Program-made: the position numbers and the translations under genes
In this document: in pieces, positions 18,762 through 27,533 of the stretch
Position numbering within the stretch: position 1 is the stretch's first letter
Layout of the letters: each line of letters opens with the position of its first letter
Notes under the pieces: generated by a model
What the model saw: the letters and a program-made list of their open reading frames with translations, nothing else
Database searches by the model: none
Told to the model about the DNA's origin: nothing
NCBI GenBank assembly: GCA_947053345.1
Contig: CAMRSM010000009.1
Span: 27,732-67,731 of the forward strand
Direction: 5' to 3'
DNA: 40,000 nt
DNA from: an uncultured Lachnospiraceae bacterium
GTDB lineage: Bacteria > Bacillota > Clostridia > Lachnospirales > Lachnospiraceae

Positions 18762-19205
18762 TCACCTTCTTCCCTTTTTCACTGATACATCCTCTGAAAA
18801 CTCCTCCATCGGGTCAAGATCTACCACCTTGCGGACGATCCGGTCATAATCTACAAAAAAATTCAATATCCCGTCCACAGTCTCCGCCCTCATCCCTGTC
18901 CCGCGCACCAAGGAATCCCCAACCTTAATCCATTCCAGGCAGCAAAACAGCCGTCCGGCAACCATGTTACATTCTTCCTCTGCACGCCCCCCATCTTCCG
19001 GGAAATACCGGATACAAAACCCGTTCTCCTGCAGATACCGTTCCCCAAGGAACAGCTTTTGCGCCAGAAAGATGCAGGAAATAAAAAAGCACGGCTTCTC
19101 AAAGCCCTGCTTTACTTCCTCCACATAATTTTTGTAGCGCTCACCGAACTCCCTATTCAGGGCAATGCTAATTGCCGCGATGGTCGAATTTGTCACTTCA
19201 CACAT
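18762..19205 (-). CDS. Neck/tail-terminator-position protein (XkdJ position)
   Basis: Synteny only. Confidence 0.5.
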   Translation of the reverse strand: MCEVTNSTIAAISIALNREFGERYKNYVEEVKQGFEKPCFFISCIFLAQKLFLGERYLQENGFCIRYFPEDGGRAEEECNMVAGRLFCCLEWIKVGDSLVRGTGMRAETVDGILNFFVDYDRIVRKVVDLDPMEEFSEDVSVKKGRR

Positions 19206-19675
19206 CCCTCCAAAAACTTCTTGAGCCTTGCTTCCAACACCTTGGGGGCAACCGCCCGGATCTCCTTCTCTGATATGGTAAGCATAAAATGCCCTTGAAC
19301 CCAGCCCTTATGATTGGCTGTTCTATATCCATATTCCACGTAGCTGGCATATTCCGTATTATTGATAACATCTACTTTATAAATGCCGCCTTCTTTCCTG
19401 ATTTCCCCAATAGTCCAGCCCCTGCGAAGTGTCCCGCCTTTCTTACCCATTTCTTTCTGTCCTTTGTGTTGCTTATTTGATTCACAAGTATAAGAATTTC
19501 CTGAATAATCCCCCACTGGGGTGCGCTTTATCACCTTGGCGAGCAGCCGCGCCGCAAGTTCCTTCGCACATCCGGCAAGGAAATCCTCCTGTGTCTTCTG
19601 CAGTGCGAGGAGCTGCTGTTGGAGCTTTTTCATATCCCCTGATGAAAAACCGCCCATCCCTCCCATCACGCCCAC
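19193..19675 (-). CDS. HK97 gp10-family head-tail joining protein
   Basis: LAARLLAKVIKRTPVGD motif and position. Confidence 0.72.
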   Translation of the reverse strand: MGVMGGMGGFSSGDMKKLQQQLLALQKTQEDFLAGCAKELAARLLAKVIKRTPVGDYSGNSYTCESNKQHKGQKEMGKKGGTLRRGWTIGEIRKEGGIYKVDVINNTEYASYVEYGYRTANHKGWVQGHFMLTISEKEIRAVAPKVLEARLKKFLEGCVK

Positions 19676-20070
19676 CCCCCGAACAATTCCAGCATGACCT
19701 CCTGATGGGAATGGTAAACGGCTGGCTCACCGCTTGCCGCATATTCACCAGTCACCCCGTTCTGTGTGACAATCACCTTGGAGCCAGGATTTACCCTGAC
19801 CTCCGGTGCAATAAACAGTTTAACACCCTGCGATACCTTTGCCGCCACATCCGCCTGCAGGGCAGCGCTTATCTTTTCAAAAGACAGCCTGCATGGCTGA
19901 TCCCGGAGGACAACCACTTCACCCTGCCGGGAGACCTTTGTTTTTTCGTCCACGGTGCTTGCATATTCCACAACGGTACAGGTTCCCTCATAAACACCTT
20001 CAACAGCGCCCCTCGCCGCCCGCCGCGCGGCCTTTACCGCCTTACTTACCATCGGATTTTGCGATAACAT
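19666..20070 (-). CDS. Head closure / head-tail adaptor protein
   Basis: 134 aa, by synteny. Confidence 0.6.
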   Translation of the reverse strand: MLSQNPMVSKAVKAARRAARGAVEGVYEGTCTVVEYASTVDEKTKVSRQGEVVVLRDQPCRLSFEKISAALQADVAAKVSQGVKLFIAPEVRVNPGSKVIVTQNGVTGEYAASGEPAVYHSHQEVMLELFGGWA

Positions 20071-20441
20071 GAGAATTCATCCTTTCCATAGGCAAGAAGA
20101 TGATTGATAAAAGAGGTCAGTCTCTGTTCTGGTGTCAGGCTCCCTTCGCCGGTCGCAAACACGGTGTTGGTATCACCCGTCTGAATCTGCTTTACCGCAT
20201 AGTCCAAATCGAAACCATCCAATCCCGCTGGTGCAAAGGTTTTCTTCGACAGGAGAAACTCCCCTGCTGCCATATCCACTGCCACATGTTCCAACCTCTC
20301 TGGTACATTTTTACCACCAATCTCATTCTTAATGGTGTTTTGCACTTTCTCAACACAAAAAGCCAGTGCAGACGCATCCCCTGCCCCGGCCTCATAGCCA
20401 AACGATTTTAACCGTTCCTTTACGGTTTGTGTATCAAGCAT
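20046..20441 (-). CDS. gp6-like head-tail connector (DNA packaging) protein
   Basis: Internal start MLDTQTVKERL behind AAGGAGGGGG. Lies directly after the capsid gene. Confidence 0.62.
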   Translation of the reverse strand: MLDTQTVKERLKSFGYEAGAGDASALAFCVEKVQNTIKNEIGGKNVPERLEHVAVDMAAGEFLLSKKTFAPAGLDGFDLDYAVKQIQTGDTNTVFATGEGSLTPEQRLTSFINHLLAYGKDEFSCYRKIRW

Positions 20442-20454
20442 GGCATCCCCCTCC

Positions 20455-21558
20455 TTACCCGCGGGAGATAATGCGGGCAATCGGGATTGCCTTGTGGTCA
20501 ATCGTCTTGCTGTCGCCGTTGCTGACCAAAGACCAGTTCTTGCCGTTTTTCAGTTCCGCATCCGTAGGGCTGTTGGTTTTCTGTACCGCTTTCAGGTAAG
20601 AAATCCCCGCCACGCTGACCGCATTGCGCCTGCGGGAAATCAGGGTATCCTCCCCGCCCCTGGTCTTTGCATCGCGCACCATCTCATACGGCACTTTCGC
20701 CCCGACCGGTTCAAAGCCAACCGCACCTTCCCCAAGGACATAGCTCGTATACTGTGTATAAGCATCCTGCGCCGGAACCCCATCGGAAGCCGGGACTGCA
20801 GGGATTACTTCGATCGGCATGGAATCATCAACGATGACCAGCCGCCCGTTCCATGTCCCCATGCCAAGGTCGCGCTCGATCCCCTCCGCATCCGTATATT
20901 TTAAATATGCTAAGAGTTTCAGGTTTTCAAGGTTTGTGGCAACCGTGGAATGGCAGATCACCAAACTGAACTTCTGCTTGTTGTCACCGCAGGCCTTCTG
21001 GATTGCCACATTCAAAGAAGTAGCCCCCATGCGCTGTCCCTCCTGCGTGGTTTCCCCCGAAATATCATAAGTATGCTTATCCACAAATTCGGCATTTGCT
21101 GTCCTGACCTTCCCCGTCCCGGTTTCCGACATGGCAAAAATACCTTCAAAGACCGCAAGCAGAGTACCCTGATCCACATCATTCCAATAGCGGTTGATCT
21201 GGTTCCTGACATTCGCCATAAAGTCAACGCCTCCGGTTACATCATAAGAAAAATCCGCTTCTGTCCAACCCATCATACGCCCATAGGTGAAAACACCCTG
21301 CTCGAAGGTATCCGTCTTTTCGGCAGTCAGGTTCGTTTCGCCGTCATAGTTCAGTGCGCTTCCCCCGATCAGGCCAAAGTAGGGAAGGACAGCATAGACA
21401 GTCCCAGTCTGCGAATTGGTGACGAAGGTTTCCCGCAGGCGCTTGTCGGAAACAATCGCCTTTGATTCCTTCAGCTTGTTCAGCTTCACATTCGGGACAG
21501 CAGACATATACTTCCCAAATGCCTTTTCATTAAAATTCTTTGCATCAAACTTAGCCAT
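20455..21558 (-). CDS. Major capsid protein
   Basis: 367 aa following the scaffold gene. Confidence 0.85.
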   Translation of the reverse strand: MAKFDAKNFNEKAFGKYMSAVPNVKLNKLKESKAIVSDKRLRETFVTNSQTGTVYAVLPYFGLIGGSALNYDGETNLTAEKTDTFEQGVFTYGRMMGWTEADFSYDVTGGVDFMANVRNQINRYWNDVDQGTLLAVFEGIFAMSETGTGKVRTANAEFVDKHTYDISGETTQEGQRMGATSLNVAIQKACGDNKQKFSLVICHSTVATNLENLKLLAYLKYTDAEGIERDLGMGTWNGRLVIVDDSMPIEVIPAVPASDGVPAQDAYTQYTSYVLGEGAVGFEPVGAKVPYEMVRDAKTRGGEDTLISRRRNAVSVAGISYLKAVQKTNSPTDAELKNGKNWSLVSNGDSKTIDHKAIPIARIISRG

Positions 21559-21584
21559 TTTCCATCATCCTTTCCTGAATCTCA

Positions 21585-22178
21585 TTATTCTGCGTCCGGG
21601 TTGTTTTCGATATAAGCTGCCAGTTCCTCGTAAGACATCTTCGACATGTCAACATTCGCCCCTGGCTTGTTGTCCCCGGAGGCTCCCGGCTGGAAACCCC
21701 GGAAATTGTTCTGCTGCTTTGCATTGAACAGATAAGCGTCCGTTTTCTGGATCGCCTTGATCTGCTCATCCCATCCAGCCAGCTTCCCGTCCTCGCCCAG
21801 CTTCACCTTTGAAATATCAATCAGGGCTTTCACCGCCTTGCCGTTCTTTGCCCCTGCAGCGGTCAGGGCAGCATCAATCGCATTGTCAAGGCGGAGTTGC
21901 GCCAGTTCTGCCTTGTACGCCTTCTCCTGGTCGGCATTCTGCTGCTTCATGGCTTCGATCTGTTTTTTCAGTTCTTCGTTGTCGCCCGCTGAACCTTTCA
22001 GGGTTTCAAGCTGCTTGTCACGGTCAGAAACCGATGTTTTCAGCGTCTTGTTCTCCTCGACCACCTCATTGTGTTTTGACTTCTCCACATAACCTCCCAG
22101 CTCTTTCAGGGAAGCTGCTTCTGCTTTGGCTGCCAGTTCTTCACTGATGCCAAGGGCAATAAACTCCTCCTTCTTCAT
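21585..22178 (-). CDS. Scaffolding protein
   Basis: Highly charged, helical, Ala/Lys/Glu-rich 197 aa upstream of the capsid gene. Confidence 0.82.
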   Translation of the reverse strand: MKKEEFIALGISEELAAKAEAASLKELGGYVEKSKHNEVVEENKTLKTSVSDRDKQLETLKGSAGDNEELKKQIEAMKQQNADQEKAYKAELAQLRLDNAIDAALTAAGAKNGKAVKALIDISKVKLGEDGKLAGWDEQIKAIQKTDAYLFNAKQQNNFRGFQPGASGDNKPGANVDMSKMSYEELAAYIENNPDAE

Positions 22179-22213
22179 TTCTTGCCTTCCTTTCTGAATT
22201 TTTTGTATAAAAA

Positions 22214-22238
22214 GAACGCCCTCACGGAGAGGACGTTC
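22214..22238 (-). terminator. Intrinsic terminator just upstream of the scaffold gene
   Basis: Minus strand GAACGTCCT-(7-nt loop)-AGGGCGTTC followed by TTTTTAT. Confidence 0.6.
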
Positions 22239-22382
22239 TGATTATTTTTTGATATGCCGAATTTGGAATCAAAATTTCCCAATTCACAAATCCTGCACTG
22301 TTACAAACTCCCATTCTCTAAAAATTCTTTTGTTCAAATGCCCCATTGTCTAAAGCCGGCTGAATCACAGTGTTTATTTCCC

Positions 22383-22411
22383 TTGCATTTTACCTAAAAG
22401 TATGGTATAAA
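22383..22411 (+). promoter_or_regulatory. Strong sigmaA-type promoter pointing against the late operon
   Basis: TTGCAT (22383-22388), 17-nt spacer containing TGn, TATAAA (22406-22411). Confidence 0.5.
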
Positions 22412-22418
22412 ATAATTA

Positions 22419-22496
22419 GGAAAAGACCATTTCCCGTCCCCATTGTCCCAATTCCATGAATCGGTTGACCGGACAGATAAATGGTCTTTTTTATTT
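22419..22496 (+). ncRNA. Candidate ~75-nt structured small RNA convergent on the MuF-toxin stop codon
   Basis: Predicted start about 7 nt after the -10. A 12-bp closing stem AAAAGACCATTT (22421-22432) / AAATGGTCTTTT (22479-22490) is followed by TTATTT. No ORF with an RBS lies inside. Confidence 0.35.
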
Positions 22497-24089
22497 CCTG
22501 CTATATGCTTTTAAAAGGTTTTTATTCTTTATTACAATGATTTTTTCTACAAATTTTGTATGTTCTGAAGCATAAAGTCCTTTTATCTGCCTTTCAATAT
22601 CTTCTTCGGACAACGGACAGTCTGTAATATCAAAAATAAAGTTGGGAGATTGTTTCTTTTTCTTTGCAAGCATACCATAAAATAAATTTTTTCCTCTCCC
22701 CGTCGGAGATTTCAGATCAAACCTTTCCCCATCAATCAAATAATCGGGTGTCTGTATTCCTTGCGGAAACAACACTTGGGGCACAAACTCCACCGTTTTT
22801 CCATATTCTCCGCTTAGTATAGCGGCGACTTCCTTTTCTTGTTTTGTTGGTTGGAGTATGACATGTTTCCCGTCCACTTTATATGTTGTACCGTTTATTG
22901 CATATTCCTGCCTTTCAATAACAGTACCTTTTATTCCCTTTGTCCCTGTCCATTCCTTAGTAATATCCATGGGACTAATTTTATCAGAATCTTCTTTTCC
23001 TGTCCAGTGCACATTTTCGTCTCGATTTACTTCATCAAACTTTGTTTTTTCCCCACCATCTACAAAACTTTTCTTCCATTCCCCATAGCTCATATCGTCC
23101 GGAACATGGTACGTCTTCCCATCCTCGTCCCTTGCCGCCCGCTTTCCTGCCTGCCCAAAGTCATCCTCAAAATACGGAACGGTCGTGCTCCGGCAGAAGA
23201 CATGGAACGGCGGCGCGGTCACACCGGCCTGGTAATCCTTCATCGGGAATACCTGCCCATCAAGGCTGCGGCAAATTTCGGAGGTGTGGGAATCCAGCGT
23301 CGCCACGATCTCATACTGGTCAACCCCCAATTCGCAAAAACAGTCCTTCTGCGCCGCCGAGCTGAAATAAGCTTCCTCCGTCATGACAAGCCGTCCAGCA
23401 TTGTAACTGGAATTTTTCATCTTGCGCGCAATGGCATCAATGGCTTTCTGCGGATCTTGCCCCAGCATGATATTATGCGTCAGTTCGTTATGTACCTCCC
23501 CGATCAGCTTCTGGCGATTGCCCCAGACCCTTTCGGAAAAATTCTTCCCGTCCACAGCCCACGGTTTGCTGATAACCTTTTCAACCGCAGACTGGTCAAT
23601 CCCTGCAATATCCCAGCCTACCCCAAAGCCCTTCTGCAGCTCATAAGCCGTATGGTAGTAGCTATCCAGATAAACACGTTTCATAGCCGCATCCACATTG
23701 TCCAGCTGGTTTTTAAACATTACCTCGAGGCTCTGCTGTACTTGTAGCTTTAAAGCCTCAAGACGTGAGATGTGGAAGCGTGCCGAGGCGTTTTCCAGTT
23801 CCTTCATCCATTTCCCATCCAACTTATTTTCTTTCCCGTGACGGATATATTCCCCGACATCCCAGCGGAACTCCGTTAATTCATTTCCGGAAAGCATCCG
23901 CCGGGCTTGTGCCATCGACACCCCATTGTTGGCAGCAAACCGCTGGTACCACATACTGATCTTGCCTTCCAGTTCCCTCTCCGCCTGCCGGTATTGCCGC
24001 TCGACTTCTGCACACACAGCCGCCCCTTCCCGGTTCTGTGCCTCCTCAAGCTGTGAAAAGCGCAACTTCCAGTAGTCACTGTTTTTCAT
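22491..24089 (-). CDS. MuF / SPP1 gp7-family head morphogenesis protein with toxin-like C-terminal domain
   Basis: MuF core TLDSHTSEICRSLDGQVF...PPFHVFCRST. An extra ~180-aa AT-rich-encoded C-terminus carries TPDYLIDGERFDLKS. Confidence 0.88.
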   Translation of the reverse strand: MKNSDYWKLRFSQLEEAQNREGAAVCAEVERQYRQAERELEGKISMWYQRFAANNGVSMAQARRMLSGNELTEFRWDVGEYIRHGKENKLDGKWMKELENASARFHISRLEALKLQVQQSLEVMFKNQLDNVDAAMKRVYLDSYYHTAYELQKGFGVGWDIAGIDQSAVEKVISKPWAVDGKNFSERVWGNRQKLIGEVHNELTHNIMLGQDPQKAIDAIARKMKNSSYNAGRLVMTEEAYFSSAAQKDCFCELGVDQYEIVATLDSHTSEICRSLDGQVFPMKDYQAGVTAPPFHVFCRSTTVPYFEDDFGQAGKRAARDEDGKTYHVPDDMSYGEWKKSFVDGGEKTKFDEVNRDENVHWTGKEDSDKISPMDITKEWTGTKGIKGTVIERQEYAINGTTYKVDGKHVILQPTKQEKEVAAILSGEYGKTVEFVPQVLFPQGIQTPDYLIDGERFDLKSPTGRGKNLFYGMLAKKKKQSPNFIFDITDCPLSEEDIERQIKGLYASEHTKFVEKIIVIKNKNLLKAYSRK

Positions 24090-25605
24090 TCACACCACCA
24101 TCCCCATCCTGTGCAGGATTCCCCTGCTGCCTGAAAGGGTTATATACCTGCTGCCGCTCAAACTCCGCTTGTTCTTCCTCTTTCTGCTTTTTCAGCCTTT
24201 CCATTTCCTTCTTTGGATCGTCAACCCATGGGTGCTGCCCTACAATGGTTTCATCCGAAAGAATCCCTGTCGAAGCCACGCAGTCTGCGATTACTTGGCT
24301 CTCATCCATCAGCATGTCACGGTTGAAGATGACCGTGGCTTCCTGACCGGAAAAATCCCCCTGCCCGGTATTTGCAAGATAGGCATTCACAAACCAGAAG
24401 ATTTCCCGAAATGCTGCCTGCAGCTCCGTCTCCATATCGTTCGCATCAAGGTCAATGTCCGAATACATGGACTGGATATTCATCTGGTTCGGGTTGCCGG
24501 AAAGCCGGTCGTCCTTCGCATCGTAGCCCATGCCATTTTCAATCAGGGCTTTCTTGAAGATATCAAGTATAATCCGGTAATTCTCCGGGTTCACCTGAAC
24601 CTCCAACGTTTCCACCCCTCCCTTTGTCTCACCGTCATAACGCACCTTCACCGCGCCATAGGTCGCAAGGTTGCGCCGGAATTCCCCCAAGTTCGTACCA
24701 TCATAATTTTTCAGCACAAGGATTGTGTTCCTAGAATCCTCCTGCATGTTATTCTCAAAATCCGACAGCATGGCGTTGATCCCGTCCTGGAGCGTTTTCA
24801 CCCTGTTGAGCAGTGGGAGCTCCTGCTCATTGTATTTTATGGGGATCAGTGGTATCCTCTGCCAGTTCAATCCCATCACCGCGCCATCCGCGCCGGAAAC
24901 CACTGCATGGGGCACCGAGACTGCCTCCCCCTCCAAGCCCACATCCGGGAAGAGCAAGCCGCCATCAAGGACAAAACGGTGGACACCCCTCAGGTCATAT
25001 ACCTCCACTTTCTCAACAAGCCGCAAAACCGTCCCCTCATAGCACTCCGCCAGATACAGGCGCACCGCAAAATCAAGAACCGTGTGTTCCCTGTCCTTCC
25101 AGAACGGCAATACCTCATAACCCGGAAACAGGCGGAAGGAAAATCCCCCCTCCCCGTCATGGAATGGATACAGCCATGCAATCCCGTTGTTCATTGCCAT
25201 CTTGCCCGCATTCTTCAGTGTCTTCATGAACCGTTTGTCAAAGACCTGCCTCAGATACCCGGCATACCCTTCATGATCCGTTTCCACAACAAAGGGCTGC
25301 CCCAGAAGGTAATTTGCTTTCTGGTTGACCAGCTTTCCATACTGGTTGTCAATGACGCGGTTGTTCGGAAGATTCCCAACCTCCGTCAGCTTCCCATCCT
25401 CCCCGATTACCGTCCTTTTGCGGTGCAGGATGTCATGTTCCCCTTCATAGTACAGGCTTCCCTTAACCTGCATGGCGCGCTGTGGGCTGTTCTTCCATCT
25501 GGCTATCTCCCTCTCAAGAAATTCCCGGTCGGACATCCGGCTTCTTGCACCCTGCAGAATCAGACCGGAAACCCCATTCTTTAGAAAATCAATAAAATCC
25601 AACAT
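24076..25605 (-). CDS. Portal protein (SPP1 gp6-like)
   Basis: 509 aa between terL and MuF. Confidence 0.88.
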   Translation of the reverse strand: MLDFIDFLKNGVSGLILQGARSRMSDREFLEREIARWKNSPQRAMQVKGSLYYEGEHDILHRKRTVIGEDGKLTEVGNLPNNRVIDNQYGKLVNQKANYLLGQPFVVETDHEGYAGYLRQVFDKRFMKTLKNAGKMAMNNGIAWLYPFHDGEGGFSFRLFPGYEVLPFWKDREHTVLDFAVRLYLAECYEGTVLRLVEKVEVYDLRGVHRFVLDGGLLFPDVGLEGEAVSVPHAVVSGADGAVMGLNWQRIPLIPIKYNEQELPLLNRVKTLQDGINAMLSDFENNMQEDSRNTILVLKNYDGTNLGEFRRNLATYGAVKVRYDGETKGGVETLEVQVNPENYRIILDIFKKALIENGMGYDAKDDRLSGNPNQMNIQSMYSDIDLDANDMETELQAAFREIFWFVNAYLANTGQGDFSGQEATVIFNRDMLMDESQVIADCVASTGILSDETIVGQHPWVDDPKKEMERLKKQKEEEQAEFERQQVYNPFRQQGNPAQDGDGGVNEKQ

Positions 25606-25633
25606 TGTGCTGCTATCCCCCTTAAAAACAAAA

Positions 25634-25654
25634 GCCCTGGATTAACCCCAGGGC
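25634..25654 (-). terminator. Intrinsic terminator between terL and portal
   Basis: GCCCTGG (25634-25640) / CCAGGGC (25648-25654). On the minus strand it is followed by TTTTGTTTTT. Confidence 0.6.
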
Positions 25655-25674
25655 CTTTTGTCTATTGAGCATCT

Positions 25675-26904
25675 TCAATCAAAACTGAACGCATCCGGCA
25701 GCAGGAGCTTTGTCACTCCGTACCGCATTGAATCCATACCGTGGGAAAATTCGTGATCCGGCTTCCCTGTCAGCTTCCCGTCTTTATCCTTGCCCCAACA
25801 ATAGTTGTCAATCTCTTTCTTGAACTCCACACACCGCGGATGAACCACAATCTGGTAATTCTGTATCAGCTGGATACCGTGGTTCACGCTGTCATTACCC
25901 TTGCGGGAAGGCTCTGCCCGGATACCCTCTTCCTGAAGCTCCGCTATGCTTTTCGGTTCCGCGCTGTCACAGATGATCCTCTGTCCGCCGTACCCCATCT
26001 TTTTGATCTGCCCCGCTATCATCTTGTTTGTAGCGCCCGTTTCATACCATTCATCAAAAATATATATCCGCATGGCGGCGTTATCCACCATCTCACATAC
26101 AAAAGCGTTCGGGTCGGTGAAACCGAAATCAAGGTTGAACGCCGATTTTATACCGGGAATTGCCCTGACCGCGTCAATGTCAAAATCCTCACACACGACA
26201 TTGGTGTAGATCAATCCTTCTGCAATCCCCCATTCGCCTTCCCCCTCGATCCGGTAGCGGCGAGGGTTGTTTTCCCTCATTTTGAGGAAGATGCCGCGGT
26301 CAGCCCCATCCAGCCATTCATTGCATTGCCATGTGGTTGTTTTTACAAAAGTATCTTCATCGGGCGCATCAAAGAAACGGGCTTTCAGCCAGCTTGTGGC
26401 GCTCCACGGGTTGAATGTCAGGGTAATCTGCTTGAAATACCCTTCCGGCACTTCGCCGCGGATGGACAGGTCAAGCTTGTTGAAATCATCCTCATTCGTG
26501 ATCTCGTAGGCTTCCTCAATCCACACAAAACACAGGACACCTTTGTCAACCGAAATGGAAGTGATTTTTAATCCGTCATCCAGCCCCCGGAACAAAATTT
26601 TCTGCCCGGTCGAACGGCGGGTGATCTGCATCGGGGAGACCGTGCATTCAAAATGCCCGTCCAGCCCTAAGCGGTGGATTGCCCATTTCAAATCACTGTA
26701 CACCGAATCCCGCAGCGTATTGGAATAACGCCGGACACACAGGGCATTGCTCTGCGGATATTCAAACAGGCGGTAAATCATGTTCAGGGCTGTTGTCTTG
26801 CTTTTCTTTGACCCCCTCGAACCTTTACAGACACGGTATCTTTTCCGGGTATTCCAGAAGTCTGCATAACTTTTACCGACAACGTCCTGCAGTGATACTT
26901 TCAC
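25675..26904 (-). CDS. terL: Terminase large subunit (PBSX/Terminase_3-like)
   Basis: Walker A-like CKGSRGSKKSKTT. 409 aa. Follows terS. Confidence 0.92.
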   Translation of the reverse strand: MKVSLQDVVGKSYADFWNTRKRYRVCKGSRGSKKSKTTALNMIYRLFEYPQSNALCVRRYSNTLRDSVYSDLKWAIHRLGLDGHFECTVSPMQITRRSTGQKILFRGLDDGLKITSISVDKGVLCFVWIEEAYEITNEDDFNKLDLSIRGEVPEGYFKQITLTFNPWSATSWLKARFFDAPDEDTFVKTTTWQCNEWLDGADRGIFLKMRENNPRRYRIEGEGEWGIAEGLIYTNVVCEDFDIDAVRAIPGIKSAFNLDFGFTDPNAFVCEMVDNAAMRIYIFDEWYETGATNKMIAGQIKKMGYGGQRIICDSAEPKSIAELQEEGIRAEPSRKGNDSVNHGIQLIQNYQIVVHPRCVEFKKEIDNYCWGKDKDGKLTGKPDHEFSHGMDSMRYGVTKLLLPDAFSFD

Positions 26905-26915
26905 AGAGACACCAC

Positions 26916-27335
26916 CTATTCCTTCAGGTCATTCAGAAGAACAACCGGCTCAAGGTCTACGCTCGAATCCGTCTTCGTCGTATACCCATGCCTGCTCATC
27001 CAAAGCCCTGCAAGCTGCGATGGGATAACCCCCAGTTCAAACTTTGACCGCGCGTCCACCTCACACTCTTCTTTCATACGCGTGACCATGTCGCAAAACT
27101 TAGGGTTGTCTGCGTAAGTGGCGTAAAAAGCCTGCCTCGCAATTCCTGCATATACGCAGAATCCCTCAATGGTATAAGTCACGCTGCGCCGCAGTTCCTT
27201 GCTGACAAATTCTGAGTTTTTGGAGCTGAAGTCATGGGTAAGTACCATTTTGTTGTCACAGTCGAGTTTGTATGCTTCCCATGCTTCCTCCAGCTGTTTT
27301 GCACTGTTAAATTTTCTGTGTCTGCCCATGAACAT
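26916..27335 (-). CDS. terS: Terminase small subunit
   Basis: N-terminal GRHRKFNSAKQLEEAWEAY pattern. GGAAGGAGGGGG RBS. Upstream of terL. Confidence 0.8.
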   Translation of the reverse strand: MFMGRHRKFNSAKQLEEAWEAYKLDCDNKMVLTHDFSSKNSEFVSKELRRSVTYTIEGFCVYAGIARQAFYATYADNPKFCDMVTRMKEECEVDARSKFELGVIPSQLAGLWMSRHGYTTKTDSSVDLEPVVLLNDLKE

Positions 27336-27362
27336 GCCCCCTCCTTCCTTCGGGTTTATGGC

Positions 27363-27387
27363 AAAAAAGATGCCTCACATGGGCATC
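27363..27387 (-). terminator. Terminator-like hairpin 28 nt upstream of terS
   Basis: Minus strand GATGCC-CATGTGA-GGCATC followed by TTTTTT. Confidence 0.5.
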
Positions 27388-27467
27388 CTTTCGTTAATGA
27401 TCCAGCCGATATATGCATTTACCCTGCCACCGGGGATGATAACTCCCTCCAAACGTTTATAAAAACA

Positions 27468-27486
27468 CCCCCGGCATTGCCGGGGG
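27468..27486 (-). terminator. Intrinsic terminator closing the AT-rich small-gene module
   Basis: Minus strand CCCCCGGC-AAT-GCCGGGGG followed by TGTTTTTAT. Confidence 0.6.
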
Positions 27487-27533
27487 CATAAACATATTGG
27501 GGCGGGTATCTTCCGACACCTTTCTCATTTTAA

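Noticed and set aside
22254-22397. 47-aa + strand ORF (MPNLESKF...) and several 13-39-aa ORFs on both strands, considered as immunity genes for the MuF toxin
   Set aside because: None has an RBS and the sequences look non-protein-like. The + strand ORF spans the repeat units and the promoter.
24169-25584. 471-aa + strand ORF opposite the portal gene (and 22839-23747 opposite MuF, 25741-26571 opposite terL)
   Set aside because: These are antisense shadows of well-supported minus-strand structural genes. The translations have no recognisable motifs and a skewed composition.
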